Shown one piece after another: positions 30,725 through 40,154 of a DNA stretch of 64,000 bases. The position numbers and the translations under genes were made by a program. The notes under the pieces are model-generated. The model saw nothing but the letters and a program-made list of their open reading frames with translations. It had not been told where the DNA came from and made no database searches. How positions within the stretch are numbered: position 1 is the first letter of the stretch; the number at the start of each line of letters is the position of its first letter. This DNA comes from an uncultured Flavobacteriaceae bacterium (GTDB lineage Bacteria; Bacteroidota; Bacteroidia; Flavobacteriales; Flavobacteriaceae): positions 153,753-217,752 of the forward strand of contig CAWDOF010000025.1 in the NCBI GenBank assembly GCA_963803715.1. The letters run 5' to 3'.

Positions 30725-31948
30725 TTATTCTGTGTATGTAATTTTTACCATTTTTATCCCATAGTTAAAAATGGTAGGCCAATTGGCGCTAGAAGTTACC
30801 TCTAACAAGTATTGAGAATTCTCAAGAATATTTATTGTTGATGTTGGCATATCAACAATTTGAGGCACAGAAGATGTACCAGACGAACTAACACTGTTCA
30901 ATTCAATATAAAAATTATTTAAACGACTACTTATTATAATCCTTAAGGTTAAGTTTGAACTACTATCAGTGTCAAAAAAAACGGCTTGAATATTTGTTAT
31001 TGTTACACCGTTTGGAAGAAGTAATGGTGCATATAGCGCACCAGTTCCTGAGGTAAGTTGCGCATATCCAGTTCTAAAAACAAAACTCCCGCTTGTGCTA
31101 TTAAATGCTACAGATGGTATCATTAAGGTTTTGGTCTCTGGATTAGAAATGGAATTATCTACATAAGCTTTTACAGCTGCTTCCGTGGGAACTGCGTTAT
31201 TACTGTTACCTGCAAAAGTTCCATCTGTAGAAAACTCATTTATTGAAGTTCCATTTTCTAATAATAGTCCCTCATTACTTATGACAAGCTTTGGTAAATA
31301 CCCAGAGCTTGGATTGAGGTCTGTATCTAGGTCAATTCTAAAGTTATCAGATACATTTGATAATTTAAAAAATGAATGTGTTCCAGTTTCAATCCCATTT
31401 TTAAATTCAATTTGAGATTCATCTCCAAATTGCGGTACGGTTAAGTTGATACTTGCTTTATCGTTATCAGATATATGTAAAAGTTCGGTGGGTGCGCTTG
31501 TACCTATACCAACATTTTTTGTTAGAACATGCACATTATCATCTTCTTTTTCCCATGACCTATTACCAGAACTTAATGCATAAGGCACCGCCATAAATTG
31601 AGTAGTGCTCATATCTGTATAATTTGTACCTCCTGTAATATCAATCTGTACATTTAACCAATGCTCGTTGCTACTCCAATCAATAGCACTAAATGTATCG
31701 CTGGTAGTACCTGTACCAATATTTAAAACTAGGATTCCATTAGCGTCTGTAGTTGCCGGATGTGTTTCTGTATAAACGGCACTCCCATTTGCTGTGGCTT
31801 CACGTATTTGAAATTGGACACCAACAGACTGGCTTGATAGAACGTTGCCTGAATTGTCTTTAATTAAGGCTTTATAGTTAATGCCTTGTTGCGCAAAGCT
31901 TGAGATTGAAATTAAAAGGACAGCGATTAGCGTCATTGTGTTTTTCAT
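30725..31948 (-). CDS. fibre paralog B: conserved N-module plus a TYTE-type C-terminal tip domain
   Basis: 407 aa with signal peptide LLISISSFAQQ, then GINYKALIKDNSGNVL...VPYAL. The VPTEAAVKAYVD motif is present and the protein ends KITYTE. Confidence 0.65.
   Translation of the reverse strand: MKNTMTLIAVLLISISSFAQQGINYKALIKDNSGNVLSSQSVGVQFQIREATANGSAVYTETHPATTDANGILVLNIGTGTTSDTFSAIDWSSNEHWLNVQIDITGGTNYTDMSTTQFMAVPYALSSGNRSWEKEDDNVHVLTKNVGIGTSAPTELLHISDNDKASINLTVPQFGDESQIEFKNGIETGTHSFFKLSNVSDNFRIDLDTDLNPSSGYLPKLVISNEGLLLENGTSINEFSTDGTFAGNSNNAVPTEAAVKAYVDNSISNPETKTLMIPSVAFNSTSGSFVFRTGYAQLTSGTGALYAPLLLPNGVTITNIQAVFFDTDSSSNLTLRIIISSRLNNFYIELNSVSSSGTSSVPQIVDMPTSTINILENSQYLLEVTSSANWPTIFNYGIKMVKITYTE
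31572..31920 (-). repeat. 5' N-module block of paralog B, roughly 80-85% identical at nucleotide level to 39766..40113
   Basis: By-eye alignment of both blocks, from cttaatgcataaggcac.. to ..gagattgaaattaaaagg. Confidence 0.7.
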
Positions 31949-31958
31949 GATAATTTCT

Positions 31959-33446
31959 TTAATTATTTAGATTTTCCAGAATAGACATGCGTTGTAGCAA
32001 TGATTCTATACTACTATTCTGTTGTGCAGTTTCTGTTGCCTGTGCCTTAATTCTTGAGTTTTGATTATCAATAATATCTTGCTGCTCTTGTAATGCTTTG
32101 ATAAGAATGGGAATGAGCTCTGTGTAAGACAAGGCTATTAAGTCTGATTCCTCTACATAAGTAGTAATACTTGGAAAAATTTCCTGTACTTCTTGTGAAA
32201 TTAAACCTAAGTTACGTTTCTTATCCGTTTGGTCTTTCATTAGATAGCTTACAGGATTGAGTTGCATTACTTTATTTAATGTGCCGTTTTCCATGGGTGT
32301 GATTTCTTTTTTTGTGCGTCTATCTGAGATTGAAGAATAAACACCTGTTGCTTCATTAAAAAAACCACGGTAGTCACCATTTCTATACAAGGATAAGCTA
32401 CCATTAGGACGAGTTTCAAGTCGCCATAAGGATGTAGCGTCGGATGCATTTTGAATACTTAAAGAACCTCCTATGCGAATTAAGTTTGTATCAAACTCAC
32501 CATAAATAAGAGGTGCGTTTGTTTGACTATTGCTAATATAAAGTTTATCACTTTCATTTTGTGAAGCACTACCTGAGTTATAACCGATAAAAACATTTCT
32601 GTTTCCAGAAACATTATTTGACCCAGCACTTACACCTAATGACGTATTATAACTTCCAGTTGTGTTGTTGAATAATGTATTAAATCCATTGGCTGTATTA
32701 TAATTTCCTATTGTATTACCCTCTAATGCAACTGACCCAATTGCTGTATTGAAATTTCCAATAATGTTGTGGTTCAATGCAAGCAAACCGATGGCCGTAT
32801 TTTCATCTCCAGTTGTATTTCTATTTAATGCTTTCCACCCAATTGCCGAATTAAGACCTCCTATGGTGTTAGAGCGTAATACATTATTCCCTACTCCAAC
32901 ATTTCCGTTATTAGAACCATCATCATTTAAACCTGCATCAAAGCCTATAAATAAAGAAGAACCATCAGGATCAGATTTACCGTCTGATAAATCGTCAATT
33001 TTTGTGCTTACGTTACCGGCAGTTAATGCATAGGGCACGTAACCAAACGGTGTTCTTCCCAAATCAACATAATTTGTTCCTCCTGTAATATCAATCTTCA
33101 CTTCTAGGTCAAAGTCATACTGATCCCAAGGTATCCCATCGAAACTCAGAAAACCACCAGATTGAGTTCCTTCACCAATCCTGGCGATAACAATTCCGTT
33201 CTCATCAGGTGTTAATAATTGATTTTCAACATAATAAGGGTCATTAATAGATATAATAGTAAATTCTAATCTTACATCTTGTCCAGTAATTACGTTACCA
33301 AGATCATCCTTAATTACCGCTTTATAGTTTATTCCTTTCTGTTGCGCAAAACTTGAGATTGAAATTAAAAGGACAACGAGTAGTGTAATTGTATTTTTAG
33401 TCCTTTTCAAATAGTTGTATTGATAGTCGTGAGTCTTTGATTTCAT
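31959..33446 (-). CDS. fibre paralog C: N-module, NTAIG-type beta-helix repeats and a peptidase S74 intramolecular chaperone domain
   Basis: 495 aa. It has repeats of the form NTxG..NTAIG..AL..N, then PLIYGEFDTN. The C-terminal 122 aa run SDRRTKKEITPMENGTLNKVMQLNPVSYLMKDQ..GLISQEVQEIFPS. The start may instead be the TTG at 33410. Confidence 0.7.
   Translation of the reverse strand: MKSKTHDYQYNYLKRTKNTITLLVVLLISISSFAQQKGINYKAVIKDDLGNVITGQDVRLEFTIISINDPYYVENQLLTPDENGIVIARIGEGTQSGGFLSFDGIPWDQYDFDLEVKIDITGGTNYVDLGRTPFGYVPYALTAGNVSTKIDDLSDGKSDPDGSSLFIGFDAGLNDDGSNNGNVGVGNNVLRSNTIGGLNSAIGWKALNRNTTGDENTAIGLLALNHNIIGNFNTAIGSVALEGNTIGNYNTANGFNTLFNNTTGSYNTSLGVSAGSNNVSGNRNVFIGYNSGSASQNESDKLYISNSQTNAPLIYGEFDTNLIRIGGSLSIQNASDATSLWRLETRPNGSLSLYRNGDYRGFFNEATGVYSSISDRRTKKEITPMENGTLNKVMQLNPVSYLMKDQTDKKRNLGLISQEVQEIFPSITTYVEESDLIALSYTELIPILIKALQEQQDIIDNQNSRIKAQATETAQQNSSIESLLQRMSILENLNN
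33342..33373 (-). repeat. signal-peptide-coding 30-mer ttgcgcaaaacttgagattgaaattaaaag (copy in paralog C)
   Basis: The same string occurs at 41796..41825, with one or a few changes at 31889..31920 and 40080..40113. Confidence 0.8.
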
Positions 33447-33451
33447 TATAC

Positions 33452-34138
33452 TTAGTTTTTAATTGTTAATAGCTGAGTCATTTCCTTTGATTCGAATAGG
33501 TTTTTAAACTCTCGTTTTAAAATGGCTCTTAATGATTTTGTGTAATTCTTGGTTAATTCATAGTTATCTTGTCTTTCAAACTTTCCGCTTATGGTAATGC
33601 CTTGTAATTCGAATTCAATTTTGTTGTCCACCTTTATTGGTGTAAGCAAAAGACTGATGTATTTATCTCCTGTCCATTCCACATTATGTAGTGCAGAATC
33701 TGAAATTTTATGATGACTCGTATAGGCATTAAGCTGACTTTTTAAAACAATAGTGTCTTGGTCTTTAAATGAAATGGTACAGAAGAGTTGTTGGTATTTA
33801 GTGGCTTTAAATTCGACATCTGAGTTTGTAGCCGTTTCAAAATGATACTTCCAGTAAACAGAACCACGAAAAGGCCCTTTGTATAGGTCTTTCTTGGCTT
33901 TTTGCGTAAGGCTATCTTCTGCTATCTCATAGTCGTTTCTTAAATCGAGTGTTTTGTTGAACTCGTCAACACTGAAATAGGCTTTGTTGTTTTTTAATTC
34001 AACTTTAAAATCTGGCGCAACTTTAGTATTCAAAACGTCTTTTAACTGCTCTACTTCGTTTTGCTCTAGCTTTTGGCCATGCATCATTTGAATTATGAGA
34101 ATGGCTATGATACTTAATATGAAGTGTTTACTTTTCAT
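33452..34138 (-). CDS. secreted hypothetical protein
   Basis: 228 aa with a signal peptide. No recognisable family. It is tightly packed in the operon. Confidence 0.5.
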   Translation of the reverse strand: MKSKHFILSIIAILIIQMMHGQKLEQNEVEQLKDVLNTKVAPDFKVELKNNKAYFSVDEFNKTLDLRNDYEIAEDSLTQKAKKDLYKGPFRGSVYWKYHFETATNSDVEFKATKYQQLFCTISFKDQDTIVLKSQLNAYTSHHKISDSALHNVEWTGDKYISLLLTPIKVDNKIEFELQGITISGKFERQDNYELTKNYTKSLRAILKREFKNLFESKEMTQLLTIKN

Positions 34139-34162
34139 GATTTGATTTTTAGTGATAGACTT

Positions 34163-35901
34163 TTAGTTTGGCAAGATCAAAATCTCTACCCTTCTGTTTT
34201 TTGCTCTGTTTATGTCAGAGTCATTTTCTACCAAAGGCTGTGATTCTCCATAGCCTTTTTCTTGCCATTTAAATTGGGTGCTAGGTATTAAGTTTCTCAA
34301 AGCTTTAGATACACTTTTGGCACGCGCTAAAGACAAGGCATTGTTGGTCGTTCATCACTTCCTATATCGTCGGTATGACCTTCAATAATGACTTTTCCTT
34401 TTTTGAGTACAGTGATGCTATTTATCAATTTTTTTAAGGCATCTAAACCTTTTGGTTTTAACTCGCTTTTTCCAGTATCAAACAAAACTTGGCTATCTAA
34501 ATTCAATCGCATTGCAGAACCAATGGCTGCAATAGCATCAATATCGGCACCTGGAACAGCACTTTTTCCCTTTAGGTCTTTAAAACGCACGTAATAAAAA
34601 AGTTCATTCGGTTTTACAAATGGAGCAATATCCACTTCGGCAACACCACCATCAATCTTTCCTATTTTTATCCAAGATTTTCCGTCTTTGGATATTTCGA
34701 GATCTGTTGGCTCAATTTCGCCAACTTCAAACAGATAGAGGTCTGGTCCATTAACATCTACCAAGGCATTGTCTGTAAAGCGTATGGTTAAAGTTCCGGC
34801 AAGTCCGAGGCTGTAATCTCCTGTGGCGCTATCAAAAGTTAATATGACATCTGGTTCTCCTAATACATTTTTTACATTTTGGGTTAGAAGTTTAGGATGG
34901 TCTACTTGTACCACCTCATCTGCAAATGATAGCGGTCCCAAGGGTAAGTACACCGTTTTTTTCATGTGACCAACATAGCTCACACCAACCTCATCTCCGT
35001 AATATAAATCGGGATTTAATTGTTTGAACTTTTTTTTGGCCGCTTCCGATTTAAGTATAATATCTTTATGGAAAATGGTAACTGCTTTTTTTCGGTTTTC
35101 AATAGCACGCTTGAATCTTGGACTTGCGTTTAACTGGCCTGAAGCAATAGCTTTTTCGGTTGCCTCCAGTTCCGAAAGGAATTCCCCAGAGTCTTTTTCA
35201 CTATGCATGTTTAAGGACTTATATCTATATGCTGTGATTTTTTGATTTTCTTCACGGCTTGCTGGAATTTCATGTTTTCGTTCTACATCTTTCATTATGT
35301 AGCCTGCTTCAGTAAGGTCTAATTGAGACATCATATTGGTACCTGCCAAAGAATCGATTGTTTTCAATTTTTCTATGGTCGCTTCAGGCCCAGATTCGGC
35401 TTGCACGATTAAAATGGCTTCCTCTAAGGATACACCTGTAGGTGTTGATTTTGAGGTTAGTTGTTCTTTTATAATTTTTCTTTTTATAACAGGGTCGTTT
35501 TCTTTAGCTTTCTGTCGCTCTTCCATTTTTTGTTGAACGAGTATCTTTAAACTGTCTGGATTATTGATGAGTTTCTCCATACTTTCTCTCGATACACCAC
35601 TTTGCTCCAACAAATCCAACATCATTTCTGTATTTAATAATGGCATGTCAGATTTCTTGGTTTTTTCAGATTCTTGAAGGGCATTTTTTCCCATGTTAAA
35701 TAAATCGTTCAATTGCGAGTTGACCTCGGTATTTGAGTCCAAGTCAGACTTATTTTCTGATGTGGTTAACCCGTTGGTTTCTTTTGAATCTGAATTCAAC
35801 TCAAAGTCTTCCTCTTTATCTAATTCTTTTGTCTCTGCTGAACTGTTCCCACAGGAAAAAACCAGAAATGCTGCTAGTAAAAAAAAGATGATGTTTTTCA
35901 T
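34163..35901 (-). pseudogene. OmpA-family peptidoglycan-binding lipoprotein with an apparent frameshift near its C-terminus
   Basis: It has the lipobox LVFSC. The ORF ends ..EGHTDDIGSDE then hits a stop. The next frame continues TTNNALSLARAKSVSKALRN..GYGESQPL..NRAKNRRVEILILPN to the stop at 34163..34165, which is the canonical OmpA C-terminal domain. Confidence 0.75.
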
Positions 35902-35909
35902 GGTTGATT

Positions 35910-37472
35910 TTATTTGTTAATCCTTGCTGCTTTTAAGGAGTTTATGATGGCATAGGCCTGTATTTCGAAAGATTCATTAGTACTGAAACCGCCATCTGGT
36001 CCTTCGTAACAAGCATTCAAAGCCTGAAGATCTGCTTCAATAGAAAGTATATATTCATCAAATTTTTTATTGTAGGCGTCTTTTAATTTTTTCATTGCCG
36101 GTCTTACTACACCCATTAGAATTGGTCCCCAAGCAAGACCATAATCCGGGATTGAAGCTAGTGTATTTCCATACTCTATCTTATCATTTAAATCGTCCAC
36201 TTCTTTCAAATAAAACTTTTGTAAATAATTCCAGTAGGCCACGTGTGTATTGAATTTAGCTATTTTTGACTCCACACAGTTCTGGCAAACGTCAACATCT
36301 TCGCAATATATTAAAGCACCTCCACCAGCGTCGGTATCTTCATCAAAAGCCTCATCTTCTTGCGATAGTAAATCCACTTGTCGTTGCAATTGTTGCACTT
36401 CTCTTCGTAATGCATTTAATTCTTCTGTAGTTCTATCTGAAGGCAAATTCCTTTGGTCACCAGCGGTGGATTCACCTGGGCTGTCCGCTCCGTAATCATT
36501 ATTAAACTGTTGGTCTGCTTCTCGCATTTCAGTTTGGAGGTCATCTGCTTCGTCTCCAGTTAACTCTTTTACCCCAGCTCCAAGTTCTATGCGAACGGGG
36601 GTATAGATTCTTCCACTCTTATCTGGCCCTTTTGCCGGGCTCTGTGCGACATCTGGAACTGGCACTTGATTGCTTACATTTTCGTTTTGATATTCGTAGA
36701 ATACGGGTGAATCTCCTTGGCCAGAAACTGGAACCAATTTAGGCTCACTATTTTGTGCTGTAATTACCTGAATTGAACAAAAAAGAAATACTAGAAGCGC
36801 TGTATTTTTTGATTTATTCCTTTTAAATAAAAACAGAATTAGAAGAATAATAATGATTGTCAATAGCCCTATAATAGTGTAAGTTAGGGTGTTGCTACCC
36901 TCACTAGATGTTTCATTTGACCGTGTTGCTAGGTTAGAACCTCCTGAACTGTCGTGATCTTCAAATATGGCTCCAGTGAAACCCATTTTTCTCAAATGTG
37001 CGGCATACTCTTCCTTATCGTCTGTTATTCGAATCAAGGATTTTGTTGACGGAAACTGTAAACCAACCTTAACGGTAATTAAGTACGGAATGCCGGCTAC
37101 TTCAGAACTTACACCCAGACCAGCTATACTCATGGTTCTGAATATTTTGTCGGCAAATTTATTTCCATCTGTAGAAATTTTAGATTCTACCTTATCCCAA
37201 TTCTTTTTGTGGAAGCTAAGGTCTATATTGTGATCTGGCGCTTTGGAAACAATTCTTACCATAACGGGCGATTTCACATCTAAACCTTTCACAATAAACC
37301 GCTGTAAGGAATCTACCCCGCCGGTAGTCCATTCCATAGCGCCAGCATACATACCGTTATCTAGTTTTTTGAGTTTGATCTCGTGAGTGATAACCTTGCC
37401 GAAAGGGTCTATAAGTTGTCCAAAAGCAAAATGGCTGAAGACAGCAAATACTAATGTGATAATTGTTTTCAT
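35910..37472 (-). CDS. hypothetical double-pass membrane protein with two extracytoplasmic domains
   Basis: Signal peptide MKTIITLVFAVFSHFAFGQ, followed by a domain of about 190 aa. Then come TM TYTIIGLLTIIIILLILFLF, loop KRNKSKN and the second hydrophobic segment ALLVFLFCSIQVITAQ. The C-terminal region of about 280 aa is acidic, coiled-coil and Cys-containing. Confidence 0.55.
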   Translation of the reverse strand: MKTIITLVFAVFSHFAFGQLIDPFGKVITHEIKLKKLDNGMYAGAMEWTTGGVDSLQRFIVKGLDVKSPVMVRIVSKAPDHNIDLSFHKKNWDKVESKISTDGNKFADKIFRTMSIAGLGVSSEVAGIPYLITVKVGLQFPSTKSLIRITDDKEEYAAHLRKMGFTGAIFEDHDSSGGSNLATRSNETSSEGSNTLTYTIIGLLTIIIILLILFLFKRNKSKNTALLVFLFCSIQVITAQNSEPKLVPVSGQGDSPVFYEYQNENVSNQVPVPDVAQSPAKGPDKSGRIYTPVRIELGAGVKELTGDEADDLQTEMREADQQFNNDYGADSPGESTAGDQRNLPSDRTTEELNALRREVQQLQRQVDLLSQEDEAFDEDTDAGGGALIYCEDVDVCQNCVESKIAKFNTHVAYWNYLQKFYLKEVDDLNDKIEYGNTLASIPDYGLAWGPILMGVVRPAMKKLKDAYNKKFDEYILSIEADLQALNACYEGPDGGFSTNESFEIQAYAIINSLKAARINK

Positions 37473-37494
37473 AATGCTAATGTTTTTTTTATGA

Positions 37495-38115
37495 TTATTT
37501 ATTTCCAAACGCTTTATCGAGATTTGAGTAGCCGACACTTTTAAAGTTTAGGCCTTCGACGGTTATTAGTTTATCATCGGCGTTTGCTATATTATTTTTG
37601 TTATAACGCACATCCAAATCTGATACCTCTGCATTACCGGATGCTTTTGTTGGGTTTGATAAATCAACAGTTCCGGAAATTTTCGCATTTGGATGTAAAT
37701 TATTTGTGTCAGGATGGTAGATATACATTGCGGTCATGGTCTTACCATCGGTCTTTGGTACTTTTAATTGAATGCTAACTTTTTTTAATTTCTTGGTGTC
37801 TGCATCGTAAAAGAGCTGAACACTTTCTGAGCCTTTATCGAGTTTCTTGGTAAACGTCATTATTGCCTCATGTTTTTTTGCTTTTCCATAGGTATCTATT
37901 ATACCGGAAGCTTTGGTGTAAGCCCAATCTTTACCGTTGATTTTGCAGAGAAAAGTGCCATTGGATTCAGGTTTGCTTGCAGTGGTTATTGCATTGGTTG
38001 ATACTTCCGTTTTTATGGCTTCTGTTGTTTCTTCATTTTCTACAGAAGCTTGGTTGCCATCTTTGCATGACGTTAGTGCCAAGATAAATACGATTAATAA
38101 AGTGTATGATTTCAT
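37495..38115 (-). CDS. hypothetical lipoprotein
   Basis: 206 aa with the lipobox ALTSC. It is not similar in sequence to the other 206-aa lipoprotein. Confidence 0.5.
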   Translation of the reverse strand: MKSYTLLIVFILALTSCKDGNQASVENEETTEAIKTEVSTNAITTASKPESNGTFLCKINGKDWAYTKASGIIDTYGKAKKHEAIMTFTKKLDKGSESVQLFYDADTKKLKKVSIQLKVPKTDGKTMTAMYIYHPDTNNLHPNAKISGTVDLSNPTKASGNAEVSDLDVRYNKNNIANADDKLITVEGLNFKSVGYSNLDKAFGNK

Positions 38116-38150
38116 AATGTGGCGTTTTATTACTTTTATCTTAATTGAGA

Positions 38151-40142
38151 TTATAATTTATATATGACGAATTGAAACGTAACTGGTGCTAAGGTGCCTG
38201 AACTATTGAATGTTCTAACTTGTATATCACCATTACTAATTACAATAGATGAGGTTCTAAAAGCTGTAGAATAGGGCGTAATGATGCACGAGGTATTATT
38301 AACATTCATGCTTTCACCATTAATACTAATAGTAATTACTCCTGCAGTAATACTTGCAGTAATATTGCCTGTACCACTTAACACGTTGGCATTAGACTCT
38401 ACTGTGCCGTAGGCAATAGGAACTAGATTAGCATTACCGGTAGCAGTTTTTTGTATTTCTCCATCGAAAACAGCATTTCCATCATTCATTATTTTAAATG
38501 CTGTGTTCGCATTAGCTGATGTACCATTGCCTATCATTAAAATTGCAGATGGATCATTAGTGTTCCACGTACCTACCGCTAATGAATTATCTCCACTAGC
38601 AATTGTATTATTACCCATTGCAGTTGAATTGTCTCCTTGAGCATTTGTATCTGCTCCTATGGCAGTAGATCTCAATCCAGAGGCTGAAGTATTATAACCC
38701 ATTGCGGTAGATTCAATTCCAGAAGCGCTTGTATAACTTCCCATTGCTGTAGAATTTAAACCGGTTGCTATTGTGAAATACCCCATTGCAGTAGAAACTT
38801 CTCCAATGGCTCTTGTTACAGATCCCATAGCGGTAGATTCATCACCAGAAGCTTGGGTTCTATTTCCAATAGCAATCGACCTTTCTCCAGTAGCACCTCT
38901 TGATGTTGATGGATTAGGCTCATAACTTAAATCAACAGCATTAAGCCCAATCGGACCATGGAATTCAGGATTGCGACCTATTAACCTAAATCCAGGACCA
39001 TTACCTTCATTTAACCTTTCTAGACCAGTAATATTGGCGTCTACAAACTCTTTAGTTACCAATGATTTGTTATCTGCTATATTGGCAAGTTCTAAACTCG
39101 GAGCAGTGATGGAACCGTTTTTAAAAACAGTTAATGCATCACTTCTAAGACTGCTACCCGAACCATTCCCTACAGTGAATAATCGATCATTGGTGCCCCA
39201 TCCTGTTGTGTTATTTGGTGTATAAGTTGTATTGAATGCTCCTACAGCTATTTCTGCATAAGAAGGTGCTGTAGTGTATAAACCCATAGCTGTAGAGGTT
39301 ACACCTGAAGCTATGGTTCTAAATCCCGTTGAAGTGGCATTTTCACCTAACGCTAAAGTAAATTTTCCCATTGCCGTAGAGACATCACCGATAGCTCCGG
39401 AACCATTTCCCATAACGGTTGAACAAAATCCTGAAGATTCTGTAGAACCACCCATTGCTGTAGAAATATTGCCAGTTGATAATGTATTATCACCCATTGC
39501 AATAGAAAGAGCACCTGAAGCTCTTGTTTGATTACCCATTGCTGTTGAACCATCTGCTGAAGCTATAGTGGCAACTCCGGCTGCAAATGATCCTAATCCT
39601 GTTGCTCCGTTTTGAGTTGATTCCAAAGGGGATATGCTTAAGTCCACAGCAGTACTTCCTATAGATCCATAATTGTCTAAATTAGCACCGAACAAACGCC
39701 AACCTGTATTATCTACTGTTCCGTCGTTTTCAGTGATTTTTTCTAAACCGCTAACATTAGCAGCGCTTAATGCATAAGGCACAGCCATAAATTGGGTTGT
39801 GCTCATATCTATATAATTTGTACCTCCAGCTATATCAATCTGCAGATTGAGCCAATGGTCTTTAGCACCCCAATCAATAGCATTAAATATATCACTAGTG
39901 TTACCTGTACCAATATTTAAAATAACGACTCCATTAGCGTCTGTTGTTGATGTATTTGTTTCTGTATAAACGGGAGTCCCATTTGCAGTGGCTTCACGTA
40001 TTTGAAACTGGACACCAATGGTCTGGTTGGACACAACGTTCCCTAAATCGTCTTCAATTAGTGCCTTATAATTAATACCTTGCTGAGCAAAACTTGAGAT
40101 TGAAATTAAAAGGCCGATGATTAATACTATGATGGGCTTCAT
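38151..40142 (-). CDS. fibre paralog D: N-module, two YadA-head-like STAMG repeat units and a unique C-terminal tip
   Basis: 663 aa with repeats of 14-residue period (STAMG..T.ASG) in two blocks. Each block is preceded by GLE(K/R)..G(W/F)RL..AVDLS..GATG. The C-terminus ends VTFQFVIYKL. Confidence 0.7.
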   Translation of the reverse strand: MKPIIVLIIGLLISISSFAQQGINYKALIEDDLGNVVSNQTIGVQFQIREATANGTPVYTETNTSTTDANGVVILNIGTGNTSDIFNAIDWGAKDHWLNLQIDIAGGTNYIDMSTTQFMAVPYALSAANVSGLEKITENDGTVDNTGWRLFGANLDNYGSIGSTAVDLSISPLESTQNGATGLGSFAAGVATIASADGSTAMGNQTRASGALSIAMGDNTLSTGNISTAMGGSTESSGFCSTVMGNGSGAIGDVSTAMGKFTLALGENATSTGFRTIASGVTSTAMGLYTTAPSYAEIAVGAFNTTYTPNNTTGWGTNDRLFTVGNGSGSSLRSDALTVFKNGSITAPSLELANIADNKSLVTKEFVDANITGLERLNEGNGPGFRLIGRNPEFHGPIGLNAVDLSYEPNPSTSRGATGERSIAIGNRTQASGDESTAMGSVTRAIGEVSTAMGYFTIATGLNSTAMGSYTSASGIESTAMGYNTSASGLRSTAIGADTNAQGDNSTAMGNNTIASGDNSLAVGTWNTNDPSAILMIGNGTSANANTAFKIMNDGNAVFDGEIQKTATGNANLVPIAYGTVESNANVLSGTGNITASITAGVITISINGESMNVNNTSCIITPYSTAFRTSSIVISNGDIQVRTFNSSGTLAPVTFQFVIYKL
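38463..39749 (-). repeat. internal tandem duplication of the neck-plus-head unit in paralog D
   Basis: Unit 1 is codons about 132-371 and unit 2 is codons about 372-560. They share the order GLEx..GxRL..AVDLS..GATG..(STAMG repeats)..ND..GNG. Confidence 0.6.
39766..40113 (-). repeat. 5' N-module block of paralog D, partner of 31572..31920
   Basis: Same alignment as above. Confidence 0.7.
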
Positions 40143-40154
40143 ATTTTTATTTTT

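Noticed and set aside
30082-38115. The two 206-aa lipoproteins (30082..30702 and 37495..38115) as paralogs or immunity-like partners of the fibres
   Set aside because: The equal length is a coincidence. By eye the sequences share nothing beyond the lipobox. No toxin-like domain is evident in the neighbouring fibre tips.
38971-39553. ORFs in the track inside and antisense to the head-repeat region (38971..39225, 39274..39531, 39353..39553), some with periodic PIAVE-like translations
   Set aside because: They are by-products of the 42-nt periodic coding repeats of paralog D read in other frames. They lie fully inside a much longer, better-supported CDS.
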